DNA of 55,951 bases from a virus (IMGVR_UViG_2690316248_000012:1-55951); one strand, 5' to 3'. Shown: positions 29,700-39,285, numbered from the stretch's first letter. Notes: a model not told the origin generated them from the letters alone. Program-made: numbers and translations.

Positions 29700-29888
29700 T
29701 TAGGCCGCCTGAGCTGTTGATTTCAGTCCCAACTTCACGGCGATTTCATGGGATTTACCGTAACGGGCTTTGGTCTGCCCGTTGAGAACGCGGTATACCT
29801 CATTGCGGTTGTAGCCGTTTTCTTCTGCCCAGCGGGTGAAAGTGATCCCGCGCTGGCGGAAGAGAGCTTTGACTTGTTCTGCAGTCAT
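29700..29888 (-). CDS. ner: Ner-like/Cro-like small DNA-binding protein
   Basis: 62 aa; first gene of the early operon, divergent from the repressor. Confidence 0.6.
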   Translation of the reverse strand: MTAEQVKALFRQRGITFTRWAEENGYNRNEVYRVLNGQTKARYGKSHEIAVKLGLKSTAQAA

Positions 29889-29940
29889 CGTTGTCTCCTT
29901 TGTTGATGCAATGATGTTTGCCTTATATGTGTTAGATTAT

Positions 29941-29958
29941 TGCTCATAATTATGAGCA
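29941..29958. promoter_or_regulatory. 18-bp perfect palindrome in the c/ner divergent promoter region (candidate operator)
   Basis: tgctcataattatgagca is self-complementary; half-site tatgagca recurs at the c start codon (29981-29988). Confidence 0.6.
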
Positions 29959-29981
29959 TATCAAGATAGAGATTCACTTTT

Positions 29982-30338
29982 ATGAGCAAAGATATAGGAG
30001 AGCGCGTTATTTCTGTGAGGAAGAAAGCAGGGTTGAACCAGAGAGAATTTGCAGCTCGTTTAGGTATTTCTAATGGTGGTATCAGTCAGATTGAAAATGG
30101 AAAGGCGATGCCTGGAGGGGAGTTTCTGTTAAAGATGCATCAAGAGTTTAATGTTGATGTAAATTGGTTGCTCACTGGAATGAGCACAGATGGTATGACT
30201 AGAAACCAGAATCAAATTTCCCCAGAAAAACAAAAACTAATAGATACTTTTGACGACATGACACCAGACCAACAACGCTCATTTCTTGAGATTGGGCGAT
30301 TCTATACTCAGCCAAAACCAGGAAAAATCGCAGGCTGA
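29982..30338 (+). CDS. XRE-family HTH repressor (phage c repressor-like)
   Basis: 118 aa; N-terminal HTH QREFAARLGISNGGISQIENG; divergent from ner. Confidence 0.75.
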   Translation: MSKDIGERVISVRKKAGLNQREFAARLGISNGGISQIENGKAMPGGEFLLKMHQEFNVDVNWLLTGMSTDGMTRNQNQISPEKQKLIDTFDDMTPDQQRSFLEIGRFYTQPKPGKIAG

Positions 30339-30423
30339 TACTGACCCGGACACAAAGGACAGGTGGTTGATCTGGATGCTTTCAGAAAACATCGCCAGTG
30401 ACATAGTGGAAGTTGTTTGGTTT

Positions 30424-30452
30424 ACCGGAAAGCATTGTGCTTTCCGGTTTTG
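30424..30452. terminator. hairpin plus T-tract between convergent c and dam genes
   Basis: accggaaagc attgtgc tttccggt followed by tttgttt. Confidence 0.5.
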
Positions 30453-30454
30453 TT

Positions 30455-31219
30455 TCAGAAGTTGCAGATTAGCAGTTCACGGCGCGGCGTGGGTTTACCC
30501 GCCAGACTGTAGTTGATATTCACTGTCTGTATGTTCAGTCCAGTGAACACCTCGCGCATCTGCGGGATGTCGTTCACCGAAATTATCATTTTTCCTCTGA
30601 TGCACCGGGCCAGCTCTGCCAGCCGCGAGTAGTTCCCTTCAGGAAAATCCACACCATAGCCTTCCGTACCCAGGTACGGTGGGTCGCAGTAGAACAGCGT
30701 GTGCGGACGATCATAACGCTCAATGCACTGTTGCCAGTCCATGTGTTCTATGACTGTTCTGGAAAGCCGCAGGTGTGCCGCTGACAGTTCTTCTTCAATA
30801 CGTAGCAGGTTGAAGCGTGGCGGGGATGTGGTGGAGGTACCGAAGCTGTGCTCTGCCACCTTGCCGCCAAACGCCTGCTTCTGAAGGTAGTAGAACCGTG
30901 CCGCACGCTGGATATCCGTCAGTGTTTCTTCCGGGGTGATCTGCAGCCATTTGTAGATCTGACGGCTGACCAGCGCCCATTTGAACTGGCGGACAAATTC
31001 TTCCAGGTGATGCTTTACCACCCGGTACAGATTCACCAGTTCACCGTTGATATCATTGATGACTTCGATCTTGCCGGGTGTCTTAAGAAAATAGAGCGCT
31101 GCTGCCCCACAAAACGGCTCCACATAACATTCATGCGCCGGAAACAGCGGCAGAATGTGTTTTGCAAGGCGGCGTTTGCCACCAATCCATGGAACGATGG
31201 GTAATGTCTGCATTTTCAT
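30455..31219 (-). CDS. dam: DNA adenine methyltransferase (Dam-like, D12 class N6-adenine MTase)
   Basis: 254 aa; FCGAAA AdoMet motif near N-terminus and DPPY catalytic motif. Confidence 0.85.
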   Translation of the reverse strand: MKMQTLPIVPWIGGKRRLAKHILPLFPAHECYVEPFCGAAALYFLKTPGKIEVINDINGELVNLYRVVKHHLEEFVRQFKWALVSRQIYKWLQITPEETLTDIQRAARFYYLQKQAFGGKVAEHSFGTSTTSPPRFNLLRIEEELSAAHLRLSRTVIEHMDWQQCIERYDRPHTLFYCDPPYLGTEGYGVDFPEGNYSRLAELARCIRGKMIISVNDIPQMREVFTGLNIQTVNINYSLAGKPTPRRELLICNF

Positions 31220-31410
31220 AATCTGTAAGCCTTTTACAATTATTAAAAATATGGCAGGCTAGTCTGGTCTCGCGAGACTGACTGAACCTCGGTCGGCTCA
31301 CAGCCACTTCTGTGGGACGATGGCCAGCCCGGTGGGTCCGAAGCACCGGGCTGGTCGTTCTTTCATGATGCGGCAGGGATAGTGGGATTTCTGTTAATGT
31401 GGTTTAGGGA

Positions 31411-31626
31411 TTATCCGGGGCGATTTTCTGACCTTATCCGGTCCAGGGCATAAGTAATACCTTCTGCAAAAACAGAAGTATCAAACTGCTTTTGTATTCC
31501 CTGAAAATGAAAAGCGGCACGACAGACACTCAGTTCTCCGCGATGTAACCGGATAATATCTTCCAGAACATTGTTCACTGCTTCAGCACGGCGCTGATGT
31601 TCTGTTAACGTTAATCGGGGATTCAT
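31411..31626 (-). CDS. hypothetical small protein
   Basis: 71 aa; between P-loop gene and dam. Confidence 0.35.
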   Translation of the reverse strand: MNPRLTLTEHQRRAEAVNNVLEDIIRLHRGELSVCRAAFHFQGIQKQFDTSVFAEGITYALDRIRSENRPG

Positions 31627-31679
31627 GATGCACTCCTTAAATGATGATTTTTATGTACTCACCGGCAAAATATTCTGCG

Positions 31680-32423
31680 CTACGTGTTTGATGAACGTAA
31701 GTGAGGTTTATCTGCTGTCTGCATAATCCCGATAGCCAGTGCGAGGGGCAGTAATTCCGGGGAAACTCTTTCAAACAGCGACTCCCATTCTCCTCTCGCC
31801 ATCACTCTGTCCAGCCCGCCCCCCAGTTGCATTTCAGCAATCTTCCTGATTTCCCGGAACAACGCCTCTTTGATCTCTTCATGCTCAGCTTTATTTTCCG
31901 GTGTCAGAATGTATTCGTCGAAGAACCGGGGAGGCTGGTTAACGGGGATTGTGTTCACCGGGATGTGTTCCTGCTTCCCGTACTTCGGGGCCGAAAAACA
32001 TTCTGTTGGCTGACCGGTGAGTTTACGTAACTCCTTCATGAGCAGTTCCTGATCGTAAACTGTCATCAGTGCCGCAATGGTGGCATGCAGTGCATCGGGC
32101 AGTATCCAGGGTTGCCGGCCCGCGGGGCATATAACATCCAGCAGCTCATTCGTCCGACAGATACGCTCCTCGCCGTATGACAACAGGCCCTGTCCCGTGT
32201 ATTCCTCCAGCCTGATCACTGTGCCAGCCCGTGGCTTCTGCCAGGTCGTCAGATCATCGCCACTCATACGGCGCTCATTCTCCACGTCAGCAGCATCGAC
32301 AATGACGCTGTTTCCGAGTTCCTGTTTCACCATCTCTTCTATCCGCGCCAGTACGTAACTTTTACCGCTGCCCACAGGACCGGACACAGTGACAGTGATG
32401 ACCGGATTCAGTGTGTGCGTCAT
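31680..32423 (-). CDS. P-loop NTPase of unknown function
   Basis: 247 aa; Walker A GPVGSGKS near N-terminus; no further family recognised by eye. Confidence 0.5.
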   Translation of the reverse strand: MTHTLNPVITVTVSGPVGSGKSYVLARIEEMVKQELGNSVIVDAADVENERRMSGDDLTTWQKPRAGTVIRLEEYTGQGLLSYGEERICRTNELLDVICPAGRQPWILPDALHATIAALMTVYDQELLMKELRKLTGQPTECFSAPKYGKQEHIPVNTIPVNQPPRFFDEYILTPENKAEHEEIKEALFREIRKIAEMQLGGGLDRVMARGEWESLFERVSPELLPLALAIGIMQTADKPHLRSSNT

Positions 32424-32555
32424 ATCGTATTCTCCTCTGTGAATAATTCATCGTTTATTCTGCGCATCCCGTATCCCCGGCTCTCTTAACGCGCTTTAAA
32501 ATCCTTCGCGCCCCGTATTTGTGATGCTGTCTCCACTACACAAGGAGACATCTTT

Positions 32556-32906
32556 ATGAAAAAACTCACCTCCCTTATCGCAGACGTACAAAAAACCCGC
32601 CTGCGTGGCTGGCTTGTTGCCGCCGTACTGCTGCTCCTCATCATCGCGCTGGTCTCACCCCAGCAGTTGCCGGTGGTGGTGTACAAGCTCTCTCTCATCT
32701 CCCTCGCCGCCGTGCTCGGCTACTGGCTGGACCGCTCACTCTTCCCGAAGGCCCGTCCGGGGCAGTACCTGAAGCATGACGAGCGCCTCATGGCTGAGGG
32801 GCGCTGGCCCGTACAGACCGGCCTTCACCTGGTGTTTTCTGCTGCGTTAATCCGCCGTGCACTGATTGTTGCAGCTGTCTGTCTGGCTGTTGCGATGGGG
32901 CTTTAA
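32556..32906 (+). CDS. holin-like membrane protein
   Basis: 116 aa, three hydrophobic helices; first gene of the late operon, upstream of endolysin. Confidence 0.5.
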   Translation: MKKLTSLIADVQKTRLRGWLVAAVLLLLIIALVSPQQLPVVVYKLSLISLAAVLGYWLDRSLFPKARPGQYLKHDERLMAEGRWPVQTGLHLVFSAALIRRALIVAAVCLAVAMGL

Positions 32907-32908
32907 TC

Positions 32909-33643
32909 ATGAACTGGCCACAGAGCACCTGGATTGTATGCATGTCCCTGAAACTGGCTTTCGAAGCCTTTCTGGTCTTCATCAGAACCGAACGCCTGTC
33001 AGTCCGCGCCGGGACCTTTCTGGTTCATATGGCATGGGTATTCTTTGTCGCAATGTTGCTCTGGTGTGGCGGCTTCTTCAGTCAGGCCCGCGCAGCGCAG
33101 CCTCCGCAGGCTGCGCTGCAGTATCGCGATGATGTGATCCGTAATGCCCGGCTTGAATGGGGGCTGTCTGCGCCGGTGGCCGATTTCGCCGCGCAACTGC
33201 ATCAGGAAAGCGGCTGGCGGACTGATGCGGTCTCGCCGGTGGGCGCTCAGGGGCTGGCGCAGTTTATGCCCGCCACCGCTGACTGGATAAGCCAGTTGAT
33301 GCCGGCGTTGAGCAGTCGTGAGCCGTTTAATCCGGCATGGGCCATCCGGGCGCTGGTCAGCTATGACCGCTGGCTGTGGCAGCGCATCAGCGCCGCCAGT
33401 GACTGCGAGCGTATGGCCATGACACTGTCGGGCTATAACGGTGGTCTGGGTTGGGTACAACGGGACAGGCGGCTCGCATCACAGAAAGGTCTGGACAGCA
33501 CCCGCTGGTTCGGACATGTCGCCACGGTGAATGCCGGACGCAATGCTGCCAGCTGGCGGGAGAACCGCCATTATCCGCAGCGCATCCTGCACGAACTGGC
33601 CCCCCGTTATCTGACATGGGGGGGCGGCAGCTGTGTGGACTAA
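32909..33643 (+). CDS. endolysin, lytic transglycosylase (SLT domain), with N-terminal hydrophobic segment
   Basis: LHQESGWRTDAVSPVGAQGLAQFMPATA catalytic Glu-Ser motif; true start may be internal. Confidence 0.75.
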   Translation: MNWPQSTWIVCMSLKLAFEAFLVFIRTERLSVRAGTFLVHMAWVFFVAMLLWCGGFFSQARAAQPPQAALQYRDDVIRNARLEWGLSAPVADFAAQLHQESGWRTDAVSPVGAQGLAQFMPATADWISQLMPALSSREPFNPAWAIRALVSYDRWLWQRISAASDCERMAMTLSGYNGGLGWVQRDRRLASQKGLDSTRWFGHVATVNAGRNAASWRENRHYPQRILHELAPRYLTWGGGSCVD

Positions 33644-34286
33644 CCTGCTAAAAAATCTGCCGTGGCGCAGTCTGCTGCTGGCAGTGCTCATAAATGCTTT
33701 TCTGATTGGACTTTATTACCTGGGCTACAAAAGCGGGCATGAAAACGCCACGCGCGACGGCGATAAGGCGATCAGTGAGTTGCAGTCAGCATTCGACACA
33801 TACAAAACGGAGCAGGCAATGCTTGAGAACGCTGCATTGCGAGCATGGGCAAAACGGTATCAGGAGCAGGTGGCCGCTGGGCAGCAGGCTGAGGCCGGTT
33901 ATCTTGAGCAGATTGCTCAACTGGAGAGTCAGAACAAACAACTACAGGGGCAAATTAACGATGTCACACAGCGCTGGATTGATGAAAAAGGTAAGAGCCA
34001 TCCCATTGAGTGCGTGTTTACTCGCGGTTTCGTGCGCCAGTACAACGCCGCACTCGGATACGACAACGCATCCGTCGACACCGGTCATTCAGACTCAGTT
34101 GCCGCCGCTGGCACCGGCACTGGCGCAGCGACCGGGCAACCTGAAACCGCTGACGCCCGGTTACGCAATTCGGGTGTCTCCCAGCTTGACGTCCTTGCCA
34201 ACATCATCGACAACGCAGGGCAATGTCGTCGCTGGCGAAACCAGATAAACGCGCTACTGGATGAACGGGAAGGATTACAGAAATGA
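33633..34286 (+). CDS. i-spanin (Rz-like)
   Basis: 217 aa; N-terminal transmembrane helix and coiled coil; embedded lipoprotein ORF in +1 frame. Confidence 0.6.
   Translation: MWTNLLKNLPWRSLLLAVLINAFLIGLYYLGYKSGHENATRDGDKAISELQSAFDTYKTEQAMLENAALRAWAKRYQEQVAAGQQAEAGYLEQIAQLESQNKQLQGQINDVTQRWIDEKGKSHPIECVFTRGFVRQYNAALGYDNASVDTGHSDSVAAAGTGTGAATGQPETADARLRNSGVSQLDVLANIIDNAGQCRRWRNQINALLDEREGLQK
33982..34248 (+). CDS. o-spanin (Rz1-like lipoprotein) embedded in the i-spanin gene
   Basis: MKKVRAIPLSACLLAVSCAS signal/lipobox then Pro-rich region; ATG at 33982. Confidence 0.55.
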   Translation: MKKVRAIPLSACLLAVSCASTTPHSDTTTHPSTPVIQTQLPPLAPALAQRPGNLKPLTPGYAIRVSPSLTSLPTSSTTQGNVVAGETR

Positions 34287-34609
34287 CACTGCAGGTTGAA
34301 TTCTGGACGGTGGTGAGTTTTTTGCTCACCTTCATGGGGTTTGTGGGAGGGCTCGCCAAATGGTTGTTCAGTAAAACAGAAGAACGCCAGGCGGCACGAT
34401 TCGCCTCCCTTGAGCAGGCCCTGCAACAGTCCGCCTCCAACTGGGGCGAACTGGAAAAAGAATTTATGCGATTTAAAGCGGATTTACCGCTGAATTATGT
34501 CCGTCGCGAGGATTATATCCGTGGCCAGACAGTCATCGAGGCCAAACTGGACGCGCTCTACAACAAACTGGAAGTGGTACAGCAGTACCGCAATACCGGA
34601 GGTCAATAA
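34283..34609 (+). CDS. hypothetical membrane protein
   Basis: 108 aa, N-terminal hydrophobic helix. Confidence 0.4.
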   Translation: MTLQVEFWTVVSFLLTFMGFVGGLAKWLFSKTEERQAARFASLEQALQQSASNWGELEKEFMRFKADLPLNYVRREDYIRGQTVIEAKLDALYNKLEVVQQYRNTGGQ

Positions 34610-34920
34610 TGGTCGATATTACCCGGGTACGCCGCGAATCCCTGCGCTGGAGTCTGCTGGTTGCCCTGAACAAAACCCGCCCTTATACCGCCAGCGAGAC
34701 GCTGCTGCTGGAAGTGTCCCGCGCCATCTACCCGGACACCACGCAACTGGAGCTGCGCCGTGAGCTTGATTACCTGGCAGATCGCAAGATGGTGGAACTG
34801 GAGAAGAGGCCTTCCGGTGACTGGTTTGCCGATCTGAGTCGCCTTGGTGTGGATATTGTGGAATACACCGTGGAATGCGGCCCCGGTATTGCCCGCCCGG
34901 AAAAATACTGGAGTGAGTGA
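34609..34920 (+). CDS. hypothetical protein (Mu gp26 position)
   Basis: 103 aa preceding the small terminase-like gene. Confidence 0.4.
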   Translation: MVDITRVRRESLRWSLLVALNKTRPYTASETLLLEVSRAIYPDTTQLELRRELDYLADRKMVELEKRPSGDWFADLSRLGVDIVEYTVECGPGIARPEKYWSE

Positions 34921-34922
34921 TT

Positions 34923-35465
34923 ATGGGACGTCGCAGCAGCATTGATTCTCTGCCGAAGGAGGTCCGTCGCTGGCTTGAGCGGGCACTGACGGAGAATAAT
35001 TTCACCGGCTATGCAGAGCTTGAAAGTCTGTTGAAGGAAAAGGGGTACAGCATCACCCGCTCTTCCCTGCAGCGGTTTGGCTACAAAATGGAGCAGCAAC
35101 TGGCCCGGGTGCGGGCGGCAACCGAGGCAGCGCGTCTGCTTGCCCGGGAGGCCGGAGACGATCCTGATGACCGTTCAGCCGGGCTGATAACCCTCGTCCA
35201 GACCGAAATGACGGATATCCTGATGCGCCTGCAGGAGTCGCGGGAAAACGACGATCCCTTCGCCCGGGCAAAACTGCTGGCAACGGCTTCAAAAAATATA
35301 GCCACACTGACCCGCGCCTCGGTCAACCTCAAGCGCTATCAGGCAGAAGTCAGAGAGAGGGTTGAACGTGCTGCCGCTGCCGCCGAGAAAATTGCCCGTA
35401 AGGGCGGGCTCTCTGCGGAAGCCGTACAGGCACTGCGCCGGGAAATTCTGGGGGTGGTATCATGA
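34923..35465 (+). CDS. terminase small subunit-like DNA-binding protein (Mu gp27-like)
   Basis: Start set to the ATG at 34923 (ORF track begins at a GTG at 34917); directly upstream of the large terminase. Confidence 0.55.
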   Translation: MGRRSSIDSLPKEVRRWLERALTENNFTGYAELESLLKEKGYSITRSSLQRFGYKMEQQLARVRAATEAARLLAREAGDDPDDRSAGLITLVQTEMTDILMRLQESRENDDPFARAKLLATASKNIATLTRASVNLKRYQAEVRERVERAAAAAEKIARKGGLSAEAVQALRREILGVVS

Positions 35466-36985
35466 CGGAGCTGCCGCCGCACATTCCTGACACCGCGAGT
35501 TATAAGGCCCCTCCCGTTCTGTTGCCCTACCAGCAGCGCTGGGTGGCAGATGCCTCTCCGCTTAAGGTGATAGAAAAGAGCCGTCGTACCGGTATTACAT
35601 GGGCTGAGGCATCCGATAACGTACTGACCGCCGCCTCTTCTGCGCCAGCAGGCGGGATGAATGTGTATTACATCGCTTATAACCAGGACATGACCGTCGA
35701 ATACATTCAGGCGTGTGCGATGTGGGCACGGGCATTCAACTATGCGGCCAGTGAAATTGAAGAAGGATTCTGGGAAGAGGACGACGACGACAAACACATC
35801 AGGACTTACACCATCAAATTTCCTGACTCCGGCTTTCGTATTGTTGCGCTCTCCAGCCGCCCGTCTAACCTGCGTGGCCGTCAGGGTATTATTGTTATCG
35901 ACGAAGCGGCGTTCCATGAGCAACTGGACGAACTGCTGAAAGCGGCGCTGGCGATGCTTATCTGGGGGGGAAAGGTACGCGTTATCTCCACCCATGACGG
36001 TGACGACAATCCGTTCAATACGCTTATCGGGGATATCCGTGCCGGACGTCAGGGAGGCAGCGTACATCGCATCACTTTCCGGGAAGCCGTATCTGAAGGG
36101 CTGTTCCGGCGCGTTTGTCTGCGCACCGGGAAGGAATGGTCGGAGGCATCCGAGCAGGCCTGGATGGCGTCGGTGTACAAATTCTACGGTGCCGGTGCAT
36201 CCGAAGAGCTTGACTGTATTCCGGCCAACGGTGGCGGTGCCTGGCTGTCCCGAGCCCTGATAGAGTCCCGCATGTCCGCTGATACGCCGGTATTGCGTCT
36301 GACCTGCAAGGAAGGTTATGAACTGCTGTCTGATGAGGTTCGCTTCCGCGAGACGCAGGACTGGCTTGATGAGCATCTGAAACCATTACTGGAGGCGCTC
36401 CCCGCTGGTGCCCGCTCTTTTCTGGGGCGTGACTTTGGCCGTAGCGGGGATTTGTCGGTGGACTACCCGTTGTTGCAGGAGAAGAACCTGATACGACGCG
36501 TGCCATTCGTACTGGAGTTGCGTAACGTGCCGTTCAGGCAGCAGGAGCAAATCACCTGGTATCTGATGGATGGCCTGCCCGGTCTGCTGGGTGCAGCGTT
36601 TGATGCCCGTGGTAATGGTGCCTATCTGGCTGAATACGCCATGCAGCGCTACGGCTCCGGCCGGGTTCAGCAGGTGATGCCAACCGAAGGCTGGTACCGG
36701 GAGCATATGCCTCCGGTCAAAGCTGCACTGGAAGACGGTAACCTGGTGGACTTACCAAAGGATGAAGACACACTGGATGACCTGCGGGCCGTTCAGGTGG
36801 TGAACGGTGTCCCCCGCGTGCCGGAGCAACGCTCAAAAGCAAAGGCTGATGGTGGTAAACGTCACGGGGATTCAGCCATCGCACTGGCGCTGGCGTATTT
36901 CGCCAGCCGTGAAATTAACAAAGGGCCGGTGAAGGCAAGCTCACGACGTCGTCGTCAGGCGGCCCGTATGCTGGAGGGATTCTGA
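35462..36985 (+). CDS. terminase large subunit (Mu gp28-like)
   Basis: 507 aa; Walker-B-like IVIDEAAF; position before portal. Confidence 0.75.
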   Translation: MTELPPHIPDTASYKAPPVLLPYQQRWVADASPLKVIEKSRRTGITWAEASDNVLTAASSAPAGGMNVYYIAYNQDMTVEYIQACAMWARAFNYAASEIEEGFWEEDDDDKHIRTYTIKFPDSGFRIVALSSRPSNLRGRQGIIVIDEAAFHEQLDELLKAALAMLIWGGKVRVISTHDGDDNPFNTLIGDIRAGRQGGSVHRITFREAVSEGLFRRVCLRTGKEWSEASEQAWMASVYKFYGAGASEELDCIPANGGGAWLSRALIESRMSADTPVLRLTCKEGYELLSDEVRFRETQDWLDEHLKPLLEALPAGARSFLGRDFGRSGDLSVDYPLLQEKNLIRRVPFVLELRNVPFRQQEQITWYLMDGLPGLLGAAFDARGNGAYLAEYAMQRYGSGRVQQVMPTEGWYREHMPPVKAALEDGNLVDLPKDEDTLDDLRAVQVVNGVPRVPEQRSKAKADGGKRHGDSAIALALAYFASREINKGPVKASSRRRRQAARMLEGF

Positions 36986-38481
36986 TGGCAAAAGGTATCT
37001 GGGTTTCACCCGATGAGTTCGTGGCGTTTGCCGAACCCAAAAAGTCACTGACCGCGCAGATTGCCTCCCGCAGCCGCGCCATCGACTTTTACGCTCTGGG
37101 AATGTACCTGCCCAACCCTGATCCCATTCTCAAGGCTCAGGGACGGGATATCCGTATCTACCGCGAACTGCGCACCGACCCGCTGGTCGGGGGCTGTATC
37201 CGCAGACGTAAAGCAGCGGTCAAATCGCTGGAACGTGGACTGGAGCGCGGTCACGCTTCTGCCCGGGTCTTCCGTTTCATCCGCGACATGCTCGACGATC
37301 TGGATCTGTCCCGCATCATCGGTGAGATGAGCGATGCCGTGCTCTACGGGTATCAGCCCTGTGAAATCATGTGGGGCCGTTCGGTCAGGGCGTGGACGGT
37401 GACGGATATTGTCGGCAAACCGCCTGAGTGGTTTCAGTTTGATACGGACAACTGCCTGCGCTTCCGGGCTCGTGATGCGGGTGTGGAGGGTGAGCTGCTG
37501 TCACCGTCAAAATTCGTGGTGCCGGCACAGGATGCCTCGTATGACAATCCTTACGGTTTCCCGGACCTGTCCATGTGCTTCTGGCCGGTCGCCTTCAAGA
37601 AAGGCGGGATGAAATTCTGGCTCCGCTTTGCCGAAAAGTTTGGCTCCCCCTGGGTCATCGGTAAGCACCCGAGGGGTGCAAATGATGCAGAGATTGAAAA
37701 ACTGCTGGACTCCATGGAGCAGATGGTGGAGGACGCGGTGGCCGCCATCCCTGATGACAGCAGCATCGAACTCAAAGCAGCGGATGGCAAGGCGGACAGC
37801 AGCGAGGTATTCCGCGAGCTGATCACACTGTCACGCAGTGAGATCTCCATTGCATTACTCGGTCAGAATCAGACCACGGAAGCGAACAGTAACAAGGCCT
37901 CTGCACAGGCCGGGCTGGAGGTGACGGCTGATATCCGCGATGCGGATGCGGACATCATTCAGGCGGCAGTGAATCAGGTCATAAGAACGGTGGTCACCCT
38001 GAACTTCGGCGATGTGCCGTGTCCGGTCTGGGCCATGTGGGAACAGGAGGCCATTGATGACACCCGTGCCACCCGCGATGAAAAACTCACCCGGGCGGGT
38101 CTGCGTCTGACCCCGCAATACTTCAAGCGTGAGTACCAGCTGCAGGACGGCGATATTGACGAGACACCACCGTCAGAATGCGAGAAGAACATGCTGCCGC
38201 TGTCATTTGCCGAGGCGATTGATGCCGATATTCAGGCTCAGCAGCAGCTTGACGACGCGCTGGACATTCTGATGAACGGAGGTGTGTTAAATGGCACGCT
38301 GGAACCCGTCCTGGCACCTCTGTTCAGACGGGTCGAAAACGGGGTTAACCCGTCTGAGCTGCTGGGCGAACTGGCGGAGCTCTACCCTCAGATGAACACG
38401 GACGATCTGCAGGAGCGGCTGGCCCGCATTCTCTTTGTGGCAAATATCTGGGGGCATCTGCATGAGCGTGACAACGGCTGA
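36985..38481 (+). CDS. portal protein (Mu gp29-like)
   Basis: 498 aa following the terminase. Confidence 0.7.
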   Translation: MAKGIWVSPDEFVAFAEPKKSLTAQIASRSRAIDFYALGMYLPNPDPILKAQGRDIRIYRELRTDPLVGGCIRRRKAAVKSLERGLERGHASARVFRFIRDMLDDLDLSRIIGEMSDAVLYGYQPCEIMWGRSVRAWTVTDIVGKPPEWFQFDTDNCLRFRARDAGVEGELLSPSKFVVPAQDASYDNPYGFPDLSMCFWPVAFKKGGMKFWLRFAEKFGSPWVIGKHPRGANDAEIEKLLDSMEQMVEDAVAAIPDDSSIELKAADGKADSSEVFRELITLSRSEISIALLGQNQTTEANSNKASAQAGLEVTADIRDADADIIQAAVNQVIRTVVTLNFGDVPCPVWAMWEQEAIDDTRATRDEKLTRAGLRLTPQYFKREYQLQDGDIDETPPSECEKNMLPLSFAEAIDADIQAQQQLDDALDILMNGGVLNGTLEPVLAPLFRRVENGVNPSELLGELAELYPQMNTDDLQERLARILFVANIWGHLHERDNG

Positions 38482-39283
38482 ACTGGCGTACTGCATGACG
38501 CTTCCCCCGAAGCGGGCAGTCAGCTACCTGAAGTCCAAAGGGTATCAGATTACCTGGGACCAGGAAGAAATGTGGCAGGAAGCCCATGCCCGCGCCTTTA
38601 CCGTCGCTAAAGTGACCCGCCTGGATATTCTGGAAGATATTCGCGGGACACTGCAGCAGGCTGTTGATGAAGGAAAAACCGATCGCTGGTTCCGGCAGGA
38701 GCTGGAGCCGGCGCTGAAGCGCAGGGGATGGTGGGGACCGCGTGACACGACTGACCCGGTAACGGGTGAGCCGGTCACCATTCAGCAGGGCAGTCCGTGG
38801 CGGCTCGATACCATCTTTCGCACCAATATGTCCGTACTCTACAGCGCCGGTCGTTGGGCGGAGCAGATGGAAAACGTCGACGACAGGCCGTACTGGATGT
38901 ATACCGGCATCAACGACAGCCATACCCGCAGGAGCCATCTGGCGCTGCATGGTCTGGTGCTGCGCTGGGATGACCCGTTCTGGCAGGCATTTTACCCGCC
39001 GAACGGCTGGCGCTGCCGCTGTAGTGTAATTGCCCTGAGTGCGGCGGATGTACGTGCCCGTGGCCTGAAGGTTATCAGCTCCGGCTCTGCCATGGGCCAG
39101 GAACTGAAACTGGTCTCAGAGAAAACCGGCGAAATGCGGAACGTGGCCACCTTTAATACCGGCACCACGAAGGTGACCACCGACGTCGGCTGGTCTTATG
39201 CACCGGGGGCAGCATACCGTCCCGACCTGGCCCGCTATCAGGGTACGCTTCAGACACTGGCACAACAGGAACTGAGAGGATAA
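38462..39283 (+). CDS. head morphogenesis protein (Mu F / SPP1 gp7 family)
   Basis: FYPPNGWRCRCSV motif characteristic of the family. Confidence 0.8.
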   Translation: MSVTTAELAYCMTLPPKRAVSYLKSKGYQITWDQEEMWQEAHARAFTVAKVTRLDILEDIRGTLQQAVDEGKTDRWFRQELEPALKRRGWWGPRDTTDPVTGEPVTIQQGSPWRLDTIFRTNMSVLYSAGRWAEQMENVDDRPYWMYTGINDSHTRRSHLALHGLVLRWDDPFWQAFYPPNGWRCRCSVIALSAADVRARGLKVISSGSAMGQELKLVSEKTGEMRNVATFNTGTTKVTTDVGWSYAPGAAYRPDLARYQGTLQTLAQQELRG

Positions 39284-39285
39284 CA

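Noticed and set aside
30455-31219. Dam methylase as half of a restriction-modification system
   Set aside because: No neighbouring ORF has endonuclease features; an orphan phage Dam is the simpler reading, though the adjacent P-loop gene remains unexplained.
35339-36376. 345-aa minus-strand ORF
   Set aside because: Antisense to the large terminase gene, which has clear motifs and operon context.
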